64,000 nucleotides of DNA from a virus (Duplodnaviria > Caudoviricetes). The DNA is taken from IMG/VR virus record IMGVR_UViG_3300046694_000619. One strand, written 5' to 3'. The notes below the pieces were generated by a model. That model made no database searches. It had not been told where the DNA came from and saw only the letters and a list, made by a program, of their open reading frames with translations. Of this stretch, positions 39,993-48,617 are shown one piece after another. Each line of letters starts with the position of its first letter. Positions within the stretch are counted from its first letter, which is position 1. The translations under genes were made by a program, and so were the position numbers.

Positions 39993-41924
39993 ATGCACCT
40001 CACAAACCTGTTTAAAGCTTCGCTGCTGAGCGCGGCGCTCGCGGCAAGCCTCCCGGCATTCGCCTCCGACTATTACGTCGTTGTTCCGGTACCCAATCGC
40101 ACCGCTGCCGGCAACGTTTCGGTGTCGCTCGCCGGGTTCGGCCTGCCCGCGGCGCAGGTCGGTTTGCCGTACGCGGGTTTCGACTTCAGGTCGCTGCTTT
40201 CCGTCACCGGCGACGCCAGCTACAACGGCTATGGCGTTCGCTGGAGTGTGGTCTCGGGCAGCCTGCCGGCGGGCCTGACACTTAACAGCGATGGGACGCT
40301 CACCGGTACGCCGAGCGCGGGGGGCTCGTCGACTTTCCAGGTGATGGCCAGCTACAAGAGCAAGGCGGGCCAGCAGGCGTACCAGATTTATACGGCGGCC
40401 GTCACGGTCGGACTGGCGAGCGGCGCGCCGCCAGTGGGTCTGGTCGGTCAGGCCTATAGCTACGACCTGCGGCCGCTCCTGTCGGTCGCCGGCGACTCGG
40501 CATACACCGGCGCGGGTGTCACGTGGACTGTCGTGTCCAACACGCTGCCCGCGGGCCTCTATCTCACGAGCGACGGATTCATCGGCGGCACGCCGACAGC
40601 GAGCGGTACGGGAAGCGTCACCGCGCGCGCATCATACAAGGGCGTAAACGGCCAGCAGACCTATCAGGTGGTCACGCAGGCCATCAGCGTGACACTCGGC
40701 AGCACGACGCTGCCTGCGGCCTCGCAAGGGATGCCGTACGCTGGCTACGACTTCCGCTCGCTCGTCAGCAGCAACGAGCCGACGTTCCAGCCGGGCAGCA
40801 CAACCTGGTCCGTCGTGGGCACGCTTCCCGCGGGCCTCGCGCTCGATGCGAGCGGGGTGCTAAGCGGCACGCCGACGGCGTCCGGTTCGCAACCCTTCAC
40901 GCTCAAGGCGAGTTACAAGGGCTACGTCGGCCAGCAGACCTACACGCTTATCAGCGCGCCGAGTTCACTGCTTTCCACGTCGACGCCCCCGCTCGCATTC
41001 CCTGGGGTGAGCGACTACACGGTGGCCACGCAACCGGTCACCTTGACCAACAGTGGTGACGCAGCGGGCACCCTGTCCCTGGCCTCCGACTCGCCGAACT
41101 TCACGGTAAGCGGCTGCGCGACGATTGCGGCAAAAAGCAGCTGCACGGCGAACGTCACCTTCTATCCGACTGGCGTTACCAGCTACTCGGCCCAGTTGAC
41201 CGTCAGCGGTGCGACGAGTGGCGACATCAAAGTCGCGCTCTCCGGCTCTGCGGTGGCAAACGTGAAGACGTTTGCTGCGAGCACGAACTGGACGGTGCCC
41301 GCCAAACTCACGCACGCGCAGGTGTTGGTGGTCGGCGGTGGCGGCGGCCCGATGGCCACAGGAAACTTCGTCCCTGGCCTTGGCGGCATTGCCGGGGGTG
41401 GCGGACAGGTCATCTATAACGCGAGCTATTCGCTCACGCCTAACGCCAATATGCCAGTCACCGTGGGTGTTGGCGGCAGTGTCGGGCCGGATGCGCAGGA
41501 GAATGGCACGCCTTCTGTGTTCGGCGCTATTACGGCCTCGGGCGGCTACTCCGGCTACGAAGGTGGTGCATCCGGCGCGGGCTATCCGAGCGGCGGCGGC
41601 GCACAAAACAACCTGCAGGGTGGCGGGGGCGGTGGCGCGGGTGGCGCGGGCGGCGTGCCAAGCGCGACGACGGGCGGCAAGGGCGGAGCAGGTCTTTGCT
41701 ACGCCCTGACCGGGACGATGACCTGCTACGGTGGCGGTGGTGGTGGCGGAGTCGGTACCGACCCGGCGACGCAGACCCCGGGGGGTAACGGAGGCGGTGG
41801 TTTGGGCGGTACGCCAACCATCGTAGGCGGACCGGGCGCGGACAATACCGGCGGTGGCGCGGGCGGCGCGGGCGGCGGCGGTCGCAGTGTTGGCGGCAGC
41901 GGTGTCGTGATTGTCGTGTACTGA
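39993..41924 (+). CDS. secreted putative-Ig-repeat protein with ASH-like domain and glycine-rich C-terminal domain
   Basis: AFA|SDYYVVVPVPNRT; three LPAGL repeats; TLTNSG...C...SCT.NVTF.P; VVGGGGG...GGSGVVIV. Confidence 0.85.
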   Translation: MHLTNLFKASLLSAALAASLPAFASDYYVVVPVPNRTAAGNVSVSLAGFGLPAAQVGLPYAGFDFRSLLSVTGDASYNGYGVRWSVVSGSLPAGLTLNSDGTLTGTPSAGGSSTFQVMASYKSKAGQQAYQIYTAAVTVGLASGAPPVGLVGQAYSYDLRPLLSVAGDSAYTGAGVTWTVVSNTLPAGLYLTSDGFIGGTPTASGTGSVTARASYKGVNGQQTYQVVTQAISVTLGSTTLPAASQGMPYAGYDFRSLVSSNEPTFQPGSTTWSVVGTLPAGLALDASGVLSGTPTASGSQPFTLKASYKGYVGQQTYTLISAPSSLLSTSTPPLAFPGVSDYTVATQPVTLTNSGDAAGTLSLASDSPNFTVSGCATIAAKSSCTANVTFYPTGVTSYSAQLTVSGATSGDIKVALSGSAVANVKTFAASTNWTVPAKLTHAQVLVVGGGGGPMATGNFVPGLGGIAGGGGQVIYNASYSLTPNANMPVTVGVGGSVGPDAQENGTPSVFGAITASGGYSGYEGGASGAGYPSGGGAQNNLQGGGGGGAGGAGGVPSATTGGKGGAGLCYALTGTMTCYGGGGGGGVGTDPATQTPGGNGGGGLGGTPTIVGGPGADNTGGGAGGAGGGGRSVGGSGVVIVVY

Positions 41925-41941
41925 CGCGCACCAGGAAATCG

Positions 41942-41976
41942 AGACGCCTGTTCTTCGGAGCAGGCGTTTTTCTTTT
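41942..41976 (+). terminator. intrinsic terminator
   Basis: ACGCCTGTTC-TTCG-GAGCAGGCGT followed by T tract. Confidence 0.85.
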
Positions 41977-42027
41977 GTGCTCGCGAAAGAAAACGGCCAC
42001 GTGGGCCGTTTGAGAGGGGAGGTATGC

Positions 42028-42348
42028 CTAAAGCATACGGACGTATTTCGCGGCTTCCTGCATCGAAATTTCGAGCCGGTCGCGCAATTTCACGCAGGCC
42101 GATGAGGGGCTGTGCTGTTTCAGGTCCCGGCAGTCGTCGAGGAGGTGCTCGAAGTCAGCCAGTGTGATGATGGCTCCAACCCTCAACGCTTCCCACCATT
42201 TCCGCGCCAGCAGCGCGCGGTCTTCGGCGGTCTCGGCGCTGTGAAGGGCCTCGAGCTCTTCCTCGAGCCCGGCCGCACGTTGACGGAGTTCAGCCAGCTC
42301 AGTTTCAAGCTTCTGGATACGCAACTGTCGCTGTTCCGCAGTACTCAT
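42028..42348 (-). CDS. hypothetical coiled-coil protein
   Basis: Coupled to the upstream ORF. Confidence 0.6.
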   Translation of the reverse strand: MSTAEQRQLRIQKLETELAELRQRAAGLEEELEALHSAETAEDRALLARKWWEALRVGAIITLADFEHLLDDCRDLKQHSPSSACVKLRDRLEISMQEAAKYVRML

Positions 42349-42349
42349 C

Positions 42350-42556
42350 TCAGTCCACCTGTTGGCCGCGTATCGACAGAAACTTCCCGTCCTGGTCGAA
42401 GTTGAAAATCGTCATGCCGTCGACCCGTTGGTCTCCCCGGCAGATGATTTGATGCCCCAGTTCGTTGTCGATACATTCGACACCAAAGTCAGCAAGCAGC
42501 GCCTTCAGTTTTTCCTTGTGCGTTGCTGCGGTCGTGTCGTCAATTTGCGTGCTCAT
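42350..42556 (-). CDS. hypothetical protein
   Basis: AGGAG RBS; CTATAC 31 nt upstream. Confidence 0.65.
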   Translation of the reverse strand: MSTQIDDTTAATHKEKLKALLADFGVECIDNELGHQIICRGDQRVDGMTIFNFDQDGKFLSIRGQQVD

Positions 42557-42665
42557 GGCCGCTCCTTTTTTGTGTTTGCCTGCAAGCGTATAGCAGCCTG
42601 GCAGCTTGCGCGAAAAGAAAACCTCCACGGCAGTGCTGCGCGTGGAGGTGGTGAGGTGCTACGTG

Positions 42666-43037
42666 TCAGCCGCAGAGGTATTCTTCGGCGGCAGTCACAA
42701 CCTGGCGTGCATCGTCGACAGCTACGCGAGTGGCAGCCTGAACTGCTTCCTCGGTGCCGGCAACCTTGCCGCTGGCGATTTGACCTTCGATGAGCTGCGT
42801 TGCAACTGAACGGATACGTTCCTGGTTGGCTGCCGGGTAGTGCGCCAGCTGACGCATGCACGCGTCCAGAGTGACAACGACCTGGCAAGCCTCCATGAAA
42901 GCTTGGGGCAATGCTGCCTTGATGGCGGTCTCGGACTCGGCAACCGTACCCTTGTTCACCTTGAGTTCGAGCAGGCGCGTGAAGGTAGCCTTGATACGCG
43001 GTTGCTCGTCTTCGGTGTAACCGGACAACTTCGACAT
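42666..43037 (-). CDS. hypothetical protein with two internal repeats
   Basis: AGGAGG RBS; RI.....L.E....G.VA..E.A..AA occurs twice. Confidence 0.65.
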   Translation of the reverse strand: MSKLSGYTEDEQPRIKATFTRLLELKVNKGTVAESETAIKAALPQAFMEACQVVVTLDACMRQLAHYPAANQERIRSVATQLIEGQIASGKVAGTEEAVQAATRVAVDDARQVVTAAEEYLCG

Positions 43038-43048
43038 GAAACCTCCTT

Positions 43049-43414
43049 TTATATCCTGAGACCCGTTCCAGCGAGCAGTGCCGCCTCGCCAACAACAGGA
43101 TGCAACCTTGCGTTTTCTCCCGCGTGGCCTGCATGACCCGGCAGCTTCGTCGTCCAGATTTCCTTGACGCCTTCGAGCTTCTCCTGCTCGGTGAGCTCGC
43201 GCACACCAAACAGGATGCCGTAGTCGTACGAGTAGCTCACGCGGCGGCCGCTCCAGTCTTCGCCCGGATACGTATGGGGCAGAATCATGTCGAGTGTCAC
43301 GGCGTGCAGCTTTGCCTTGACAATCGCGCGGGCGCGCGTTCGTGCCGTTGCGCGGAACATCGTCGCGCCGCGGCAGATAGGCCATTGAAGCCAGACTTCA
43401 GCAACAAAGCTCAC
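43049..43414 (-). CDS. hypothetical protein
   Basis: GTGA overlap with the upstream gene. Confidence 0.55.
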   Translation of the reverse strand: MSFVAEVWLQWPICRGATMFRATARTRARAIVKAKLHAVTLDMILPHTYPGEDWSGRRVSYSYDYGILFGVRELTEQEKLEGVKEIWTTKLPGHAGHAGENARLHPVVGEAALLAGTGLRI

Positions 43415-43854
43415 GCTGACACCTCGTCGCCATAAATCGTGACGACGCGCAGCACCCAGAACCAGTAGTCCCGCGGGCTGTCCGCACATTCCTCGACCAG
43501 CGGCCAGTTGCTGCGTGGATGCGCCAGGTGCTCGCCGAGCTCGTTGCCGTTGGCATGCTTGTCGATGAGCGCCTGAACCTTCACATCCAGTTCCTTGCGC
43601 ACACGAGCCGCGATGTCGAGAAGCCACTTCTCCTGCTTCTCCGACAGCGGCAGGTACGTGTTCAGACGCTGCTGGCAGTTGCGAACGAGACTACGCTCGT
43701 TTTCCGCGAGCGTCTCGCATGCTTCCTGACAGAGATTCAGCGCGCGACGCAGCACCTTCTCGTGCGCGGCCGCTTTCGCCTCCGCTGCCTCGCGTTCAAC
43801 GCGCATCTGCTCACGCACGGCCGGGTCATTCAATCGAGCGAAATCAATAGCCAT
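43411..43854 (-). CDS. hypothetical protein (paralog of 43883..44458)
   Basis: GGAGG RBS; QEKWLLDIA, ANGN..GEH, YW.W.L. Confidence 0.7.
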   Translation of the reverse strand: MAIDFARLNDPAVREQMRVEREAAEAKAAAHEKVLRRALNLCQEACETLAENERSLVRNCQQRLNTYLPLSEKQEKWLLDIAARVRKELDVKVQALIDKHANGNELGEHLAHPRSNWPLVEECADSPRDYWFWVLRVVTIYGDEVSA

Positions 43855-43882
43855 CTTCTTCCTCCGTTATCGGTTTTTCTGG

Positions 43883-44458
43883 TTACATAGCCAACTGTTC
43901 GCGAGTGACCTCGCCGCTTTCCACGCGGTCGGCGCAGTTGCCGCACAGACCGTCCCAGCCTTCATCGTCGAGCTGAGCGCCGCATTCATCACAGTGCTCT
44001 TCCTCACCGCCGTTGCGCACGAGTTCGCTGAGCGCCCAATGCCAGTACGCCGTGGGCTTCAGGCCCTTGACGCCGGCCAGCGGCCACTTTTCGCGCGGAT
44101 ACGTGGGGTGCTCGCCGTCAGCATTGCCGTTGGCCCACTTGTGGACCAGCCGGTCAATGTCTTCGGCCACTTCCCCGTTGGTGCGTTGGGCGATGTCGAG
44201 CAGCCACTTCTGCTGCCCAGCGGTCAACGGCACCACCGCCTTGAGCAGCTCGCGACACGAACGCACGAGCCCCAATTCAGGCTGCGTGAGGTCTTCACGG
44301 GCCGCGAGACACGTATGAATCGCAACGCGCAGCGTGTAGTACTGCGCACGCTCCGCATTGCTCATCGCATCGACCTTCGCCTGACGCTGCAGTACTTCGC
44401 GGCGTTGATGCAACTCAGCCACATTTGCGGGGTCATCCAGCTTGGCGTTGTGTTTCAT
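43883..44458 (-). CDS. hypothetical protein with C-terminal CxxC..CxxC
   Basis: GGAGG RBS; QQKWLLDIA, ANGNADGEH. Confidence 0.7.
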   Translation of the reverse strand: MKHNAKLDDPANVAELHQRREVLQRQAKVDAMSNAERAQYYTLRVAIHTCLAAREDLTQPELGLVRSCRELLKAVVPLTAGQQKWLLDIAQRTNGEVAEDIDRLVHKWANGNADGEHPTYPREKWPLAGVKGLKPTAYWHWALSELVRNGGEEEHCDECGAQLDDEGWDGLCGNCADRVESGEVTREQLAM

Positions 44459-44477
44459 TTTTCTATCCTCCGGGTTG

Positions 44478-45113
44478 TCATTCAAAATAAAAGCGGGGCG
44501 TCGTCAGCGCGATGTAGCAGGTCTGGTCATCGAGGTCGCCCACCTGCTCCTTCTTTGCGGTGTTCACGTACTCGATGACCCCATAACCGCGGGCCACCAG
44601 GATGTCGCGGTACGCCTGCGCGATGTCCGTCATCAACTGCGTCTCAGCGCCTTCAGCCTTGAGCATGCTCACGCGCGGCCAGTCCTTCTCTGCCGTCATT
44701 ACATCGAGACAGGCCTGCGGGCTTGCATGACCCCGGAGGGCTGCATACCGCGCGAGCAGGTCAGGACGCTCAGTCAAGGTGACCTTGCCGATGTCATGGG
44801 CCAGTGCGTGATAGTCCGCACCCACAAACGCGACGTGACCGCCGGTTTCCGGATGCGACAGCATGCAAGTCGAGCCTGGAAAATCCACGAAACGCTGGTT
44901 CAGTTTGTAGACTTCGCCTACGAGCCGCACCGGAATGACCCGGCCGCCCGTCCGCTTGCCATGACCCTTTCGCCCTGGATTTCTCAAGGCAAACTTGTTG
45001 GCGAGCGCGGGCGTCTTCGAGAAGTGTGGCCCGACCACGCGGTCGATTGAAAATGTGCCCGGCTCGAACGTGTCGAAATCGACCTTCGTGCCGTGATAAC
45101 CAATAATTTCCAT
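44478..45113 (-). CDS. putative ADP-ribosyltransferase-fold protein
   Basis: YHGT..DFDTF...GPHFS...LANKFA...GRVIPV.L...GY..I.Y.N; CTATAC 35 nt upstream. Confidence 0.6.
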   Translation of the reverse strand: MEIIGYHGTKVDFDTFEPGTFSIDRVVGPHFSKTPALANKFALRNPGRKGHGKRTGGRVIPVRLVGEVYKLNQRFVDFPGSTCMLSHPETGGHVAFVGADYHALAHDIGKVTLTERPDLLARYAALRGHASPQACLDVMTAEKDWPRVSMLKAEGAETQLMTDIAQAYRDILVARGYGVIEYVNTAKKEQVGDLDDQTCYIALTTPRFYFE

Positions 45114-45305
45114 ACCCTACCTCCAGATGTGTTGTTTCCTCTGGAGTCGTATAGAGAAATACGAAGGCTCGAACTTGCCCGGAAGTTGACAAATACGTAT
45201 TGTACGGTAATCTATGTGACGTTGCCAGTTAACGCTGAGGCTCCGTCCGGATGGATGTTGCTGTCAAAACGCTATACGATTGACCCAACAATCAAGGAGT
45301 GCCCC

Positions 45306-45608
45306 GTGGCTGACCGCCTGCGTGAGAGTTACCAGAAGCTGATGCGCGAGCCGTTCTATCGGGCCCGCGCCGCCAACGCCCGCGCGAAGAAGCTCGAGCA
45401 GCGCGTCTACTCGCTCATCACCGCCGTGCTGCTCTTCGGGCTGTTCGGCTCGGGCGCGGTGTGGGAGCTGCAGGGGCCCGATACGTTCTGGTTTGGCGTG
45501 GCGGCCGCGGTCGTCGCGCTCTACAGCCTGGCCGTATTCCTGATTGACTGGCCGGCCCTCGCCATCGACCTGCGCGCGCGGGAAGCGCTCGACGCGGGCT
45601 CGCGCTGA
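45306..45608 (+). CDS. small membrane protein (paralog of 46923..47243)
   Basis: AAGGAG RBS before GTG 45306; CTATAC 28 nt upstream; two TM segments. Confidence 0.65.
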   Translation: MADRLRESYQKLMREPFYRARAANARAKKLEQRVYSLITAVLLFGLFGSGAVWELQGPDTFWFGVAAAVVALYSLAVFLIDWPALAIDLRAREALDAGSR

Positions 45609-45696
45609 GCCCTCCCCCTTGCGCGCCTCAATGAAAAAACCGCGACCATGAAGGCCGCGGTTGAGGTGCAGTTTGAGTCCGAGGTTACGCCAGAGA

Positions 45697-46785
45697 TTAA
45701 GCCGCCGGCGCCATCATTGCCTCGCGCAATGCGACGGCGCGCTCGAGTTTGCCCTTGGCGAGCCTCTGGTAGTCATCCTTGTTGGTCTTCACGTACGCGT
45801 TCGCGCCGGTGACCTCGACGAAATCGCGCAGCACATCCATGGCGAGCAGGAAGTGCGACAGGTCGAGGTAGTTCAGCGCATCCGTCATACCAAGCCACAT
45901 CGAGGATGCCGGTTGCGTCAGGGTGTCTTCGAACGCGAGCGCGAGGTAGATGCAGAACGACAGGCCGTACTGCTCGCCCATCCCCAGCATGAACCACGCG
46001 ATGTCCGAGCGACGCCCGTGCCGCTCAATCATCACATCCCAGCGACCTTCCCACAGTTCGTACTCGGCACCCATGACCCGTTTCACGAGCGTGTTGGCCA
46101 GCGCTGTGATGCGCGCGCGTTCCGGGTGGTCCAGCAGCTTCTGCAGCCAGACTTCCGTGTCAGCGACGCGCACAAACGGATGCGTGACGGTGCTCACGAA
46201 ATCGCGTGGCGCCGGCTCGAATGAGTGCGGGTCCATGCGCTGCACTTCGAACATCGGAAGCTTCTCCGACGCACGCGGTTCGCCGAACACATTGGTGAGC
46301 CGCGTCTTCAGCTCAGCGGGTGTGCACACGATTTTGCGAACGCCGCGTGTCTCGTGCAGGAGATTGCGCGCCATTTCCTGGTTGCCCGGCACCTTCAGCC
46401 AGTCATCCAGGTCCACGAGATACAGATAAGCGTGAGGACCGTACCAGTCGTCAGACTTGTCCAGCCACATCCCGATTTTCATGCGAAAGGTCTCGGCGGC
46501 TACATCCTGCCAGACCTTCGAGGTGCCGCGCGAGCGCCAGCGCTCAACTTCCGCGGCAGCGTTCGCTTCGGCTGCGGTGCCGAGTAGCTCGGTGAGCGAC
46601 ACGAACACGACGCCGCCCGGTTTGGCCGCAACCGGCTCAACCAGATGCACGAGCCCTTCTTTCTCGACACCCGACAACCCCAGCTGCGTGAGCAGCTCGA
46701 GGATGCGCGCGGGTCCGGTTTCGTCCGGCGCCGGCAGCTTGTAGCCAGCGTGCGCGTTGCGAATCTTTTCCCAGTTCGACGTCAT
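45697..46785 (-). CDS. hypothetical protein with degenerate ABC/SMC-like C-terminal motifs
   Basis: GGAGG RBS; LGMGEQ...LAL...TDALNYLD; no Walker A seen. Confidence 0.65.
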   Translation of the reverse strand: MTSNWEKIRNAHAGYKLPAPDETGPARILELLTQLGLSGVEKEGLVHLVEPVAAKPGGVVFVSLTELLGTAAEANAAAEVERWRSRGTSKVWQDVAAETFRMKIGMWLDKSDDWYGPHAYLYLVDLDDWLKVPGNQEMARNLLHETRGVRKIVCTPAELKTRLTNVFGEPRASEKLPMFEVQRMDPHSFEPAPRDFVSTVTHPFVRVADTEVWLQKLLDHPERARITALANTLVKRVMGAEYELWEGRWDVMIERHGRRSDIAWFMLGMGEQYGLSFCIYLALAFEDTLTQPASSMWLGMTDALNYLDLSHFLLAMDVLRDFVEVTGANAYVKTNKDDYQRLAKGKLERAVALREAMMAPAA

Positions 46786-46922
46786 ATTTTTCCTCCGGTT
46801 ATTGAACGTTCCTGGAACGGTATAGCTCGTGGCCACACGCGCGCCGCCGGCCGGCGCATCCGAGGGCAGAACATGACCGGGTGCGCGAGCTATACGAATG
46901 ACTTCAATTTCGGGGGCTCTCC

Positions 46923-47243
46923 ATGTCCGACCGCCAGGCTCGCGCGTATCGCGTGATGATGACCGACTCCTACATGCGCGAACGCGCGCGGCGCAGTCGT
47001 CTGTTGCCGCTTCGTGCGCGCATGGCCAGCGTGGTAGCGAGTGCGATGGCGTTTGGTGCGCTCACCCCGGCCGTGCCTCTCGTACTCGACCTGCCACTGG
47101 GTGGCCTGCTCGCCGTGGGTACTGCTGCGGCCGCACTCTTCAGCCTGCAGCGGTTCCTCTTTGACTCGACGATTCTTTACGTCGACCTGCGCCGGCTTGA
47201 CGCCGAGCTGCGCGGCCGTGGCCCGGTAGACGACAAAGCCTAG
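46923..47243 (+). CDS. small membrane protein
   Basis: CTATAC 27 nt upstream; two TM segments; DR....Y..MM...Y.R.R. Confidence 0.6.
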   Translation: MSDRQARAYRVMMTDSYMRERARRSRLLPLRARMASVVASAMAFGALTPAVPLVLDLPLGGLLAVGTAAAALFSLQRFLFDSTILYVDLRRLDAELRGRGPVDDKA

Positions 47244-47632
47244 CTGTTTTCGCGGATGAATTCTCGGTTTCGCCGCGCGAGGTTGATGCCCGTGCCCTTG
47301 ACGCTCGGGCGTCGACGGATAGCCGCCTGATGCCGCGCCACGCGTTTTTTCTCAAGCATGCGTTCGCGCAGCCGCAGCCAGAGGAGCTGGTTTGCTTCCC
47401 CGTTTGCCTCGCCGGATGCCTCGTCTGATGCGCGGCGCGTCGCCCGGCGTATCGCGAGACGGGCCATTGCCACGACGTAGTGCGACGAGTGATTGCCAGA
47501 CGGCGCGCCACGTTGCGCCTTGACGGCGGCCTTAAGCGCCTGCCGGTCGAGACGGTGCAGCAGCCTGCGATTGGCTACCCGGTTGACGGGCCGGTCGACG
47601 TGCCGGATGCGTTGTTCCCAGACGATGCTCAT
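47240..47632 (-). CDS. possible Arg-rich basic protein
   Basis: Open frame with GGAG before ATG 47632 (alternative start 47776); atypical composition. Confidence 0.35.
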   Translation of the reverse strand: MSIVWEQRIRHVDRPVNRVANRRLLHRLDRQALKAAVKAQRGAPSGNHSSHYVVAMARLAIRRATRRASDEASGEANGEANQLLWLRLRERMLEKKRVARHQAAIRRRPSVKGTGINLARRNREFIRENS

Positions 47633-47804
47633 TGCGCGGCGCACTCCCTGTTTTTCACGACGCCTGGATTTGGGCGGCGTCCCGTTCGAAGTATATGTGA
47701 GCGCGCTGCCGTGACCGCCTGGCCACCCCCGCGGCGAGAGCGAATTTTCCGGAGCGGACCGTTTCGGGACCGACATGTTTTTTTCCGAGGTAGACGCGTT
47801 TTTC

Positions 47805-48070
47805 CGCCCCCGAAATCTCCCTGCCTCAAAAGTCAATTTACGGACAGAGCCCGGCGGACCGCGAACTTCGACCCCTTTGCCGAGCGCTTTTTCGGAAATG
47901 CCGGGACCCGGATAGCCCGAATCTGGAAATGCCATTTTACGGAAATGCCGGTTAAGGCTATTCCGGAAAAGCGAAAGGCGTCAATCCAGAGGGACGAGGG
48001 GTTTGGCTGAGCCTGATGTCCGTAAATTGACTTCTAGTTATAGGGCGATTTTTGAGGCGGACGGGGGCGG
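47805..48070. repeat. long interrupted inverted repeat enclosing three GGAAATGCC direct repeats
   Basis: Perfect 17-bp IR AAGTCAATTTACGGACA (47830-47846) / TGTCCGTAAATTGACTT (48017-48033); outer arms GCCTCAAAA and CCGCCCCCG. Confidence 0.8.
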
Positions 48071-48113
48071 GAGGCCGTGATGCTGAAGCAGTTATTCGCG
48101 CTACGCGTGCAAG

Positions 48114-48617
48114 CAACGCAAAGTCTGTCGGGCCGAACAATAAAGTCTGTCGCGGCAACGCACGCGGAATGTTCTCGTTGCTTTCGCTGAACCTGGCGTG
48201 CAGCATGAATTTTTCGACGGAGGATGTCATGCGCACATCGGAGCGCAATGCTCGCGACGAAAACATAGAGGCCCTGGCAGGCGCTCTTTTTCATGTTCTG
48301 GCTACCAACCCAATGGGATGCCGCTGGACCGAAATTCCAGAGGCAATTGGTCTGCTGCTCAAGCTCTTTGGCACCACGCTCATCACGATTACAGATGCCA
48401 ATAACGAGGAGGCGGAGAACATCTTGAACGACATGAATTCCCGCTTCGACAAGGGCTACAAAAGACCTACATCCATCTTTTTCACGAAGTAACCACGCCG
48501 GGACTTGAGCGCGGATGAGCCGACGGCCACATATTCTGTGGCACGCCAGCAACAGCCACGCTCAAGTCCCGACAGACTTTATTGTTCGAGGCCCGACAGA
48601 CTTAATTGTTTGAATCA
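48114..48617. mobile_element. possible non-autonomous Tn7-like mini-element or remnant
   Basis: Two AAAGTCTGTCG sites at 48114-48154 and two inverted copies at 48568-48611, resembling the Tn7 TnsB site core ACAATAAAGTCT; no TSD found. Confidence 0.45.
48229..48492 (+). CDS. hypothetical protein
   Basis: GGAGG RBS; 87 aa; lower GC than neighbours. Confidence 0.6.
   Translation: MRTSERNARDENIEALAGALFHVLATNPMGCRWTEIPEAIGLLLKLFGTTLITITDANNEEAENILNDMNSRFDKGYKRPTSIFFTK

Noticed and set aside
41560-41900. GGC-rich low-complexity DNA as a non-coding repeat
   Set aside because: Explained by the glycine-rich coding domain.
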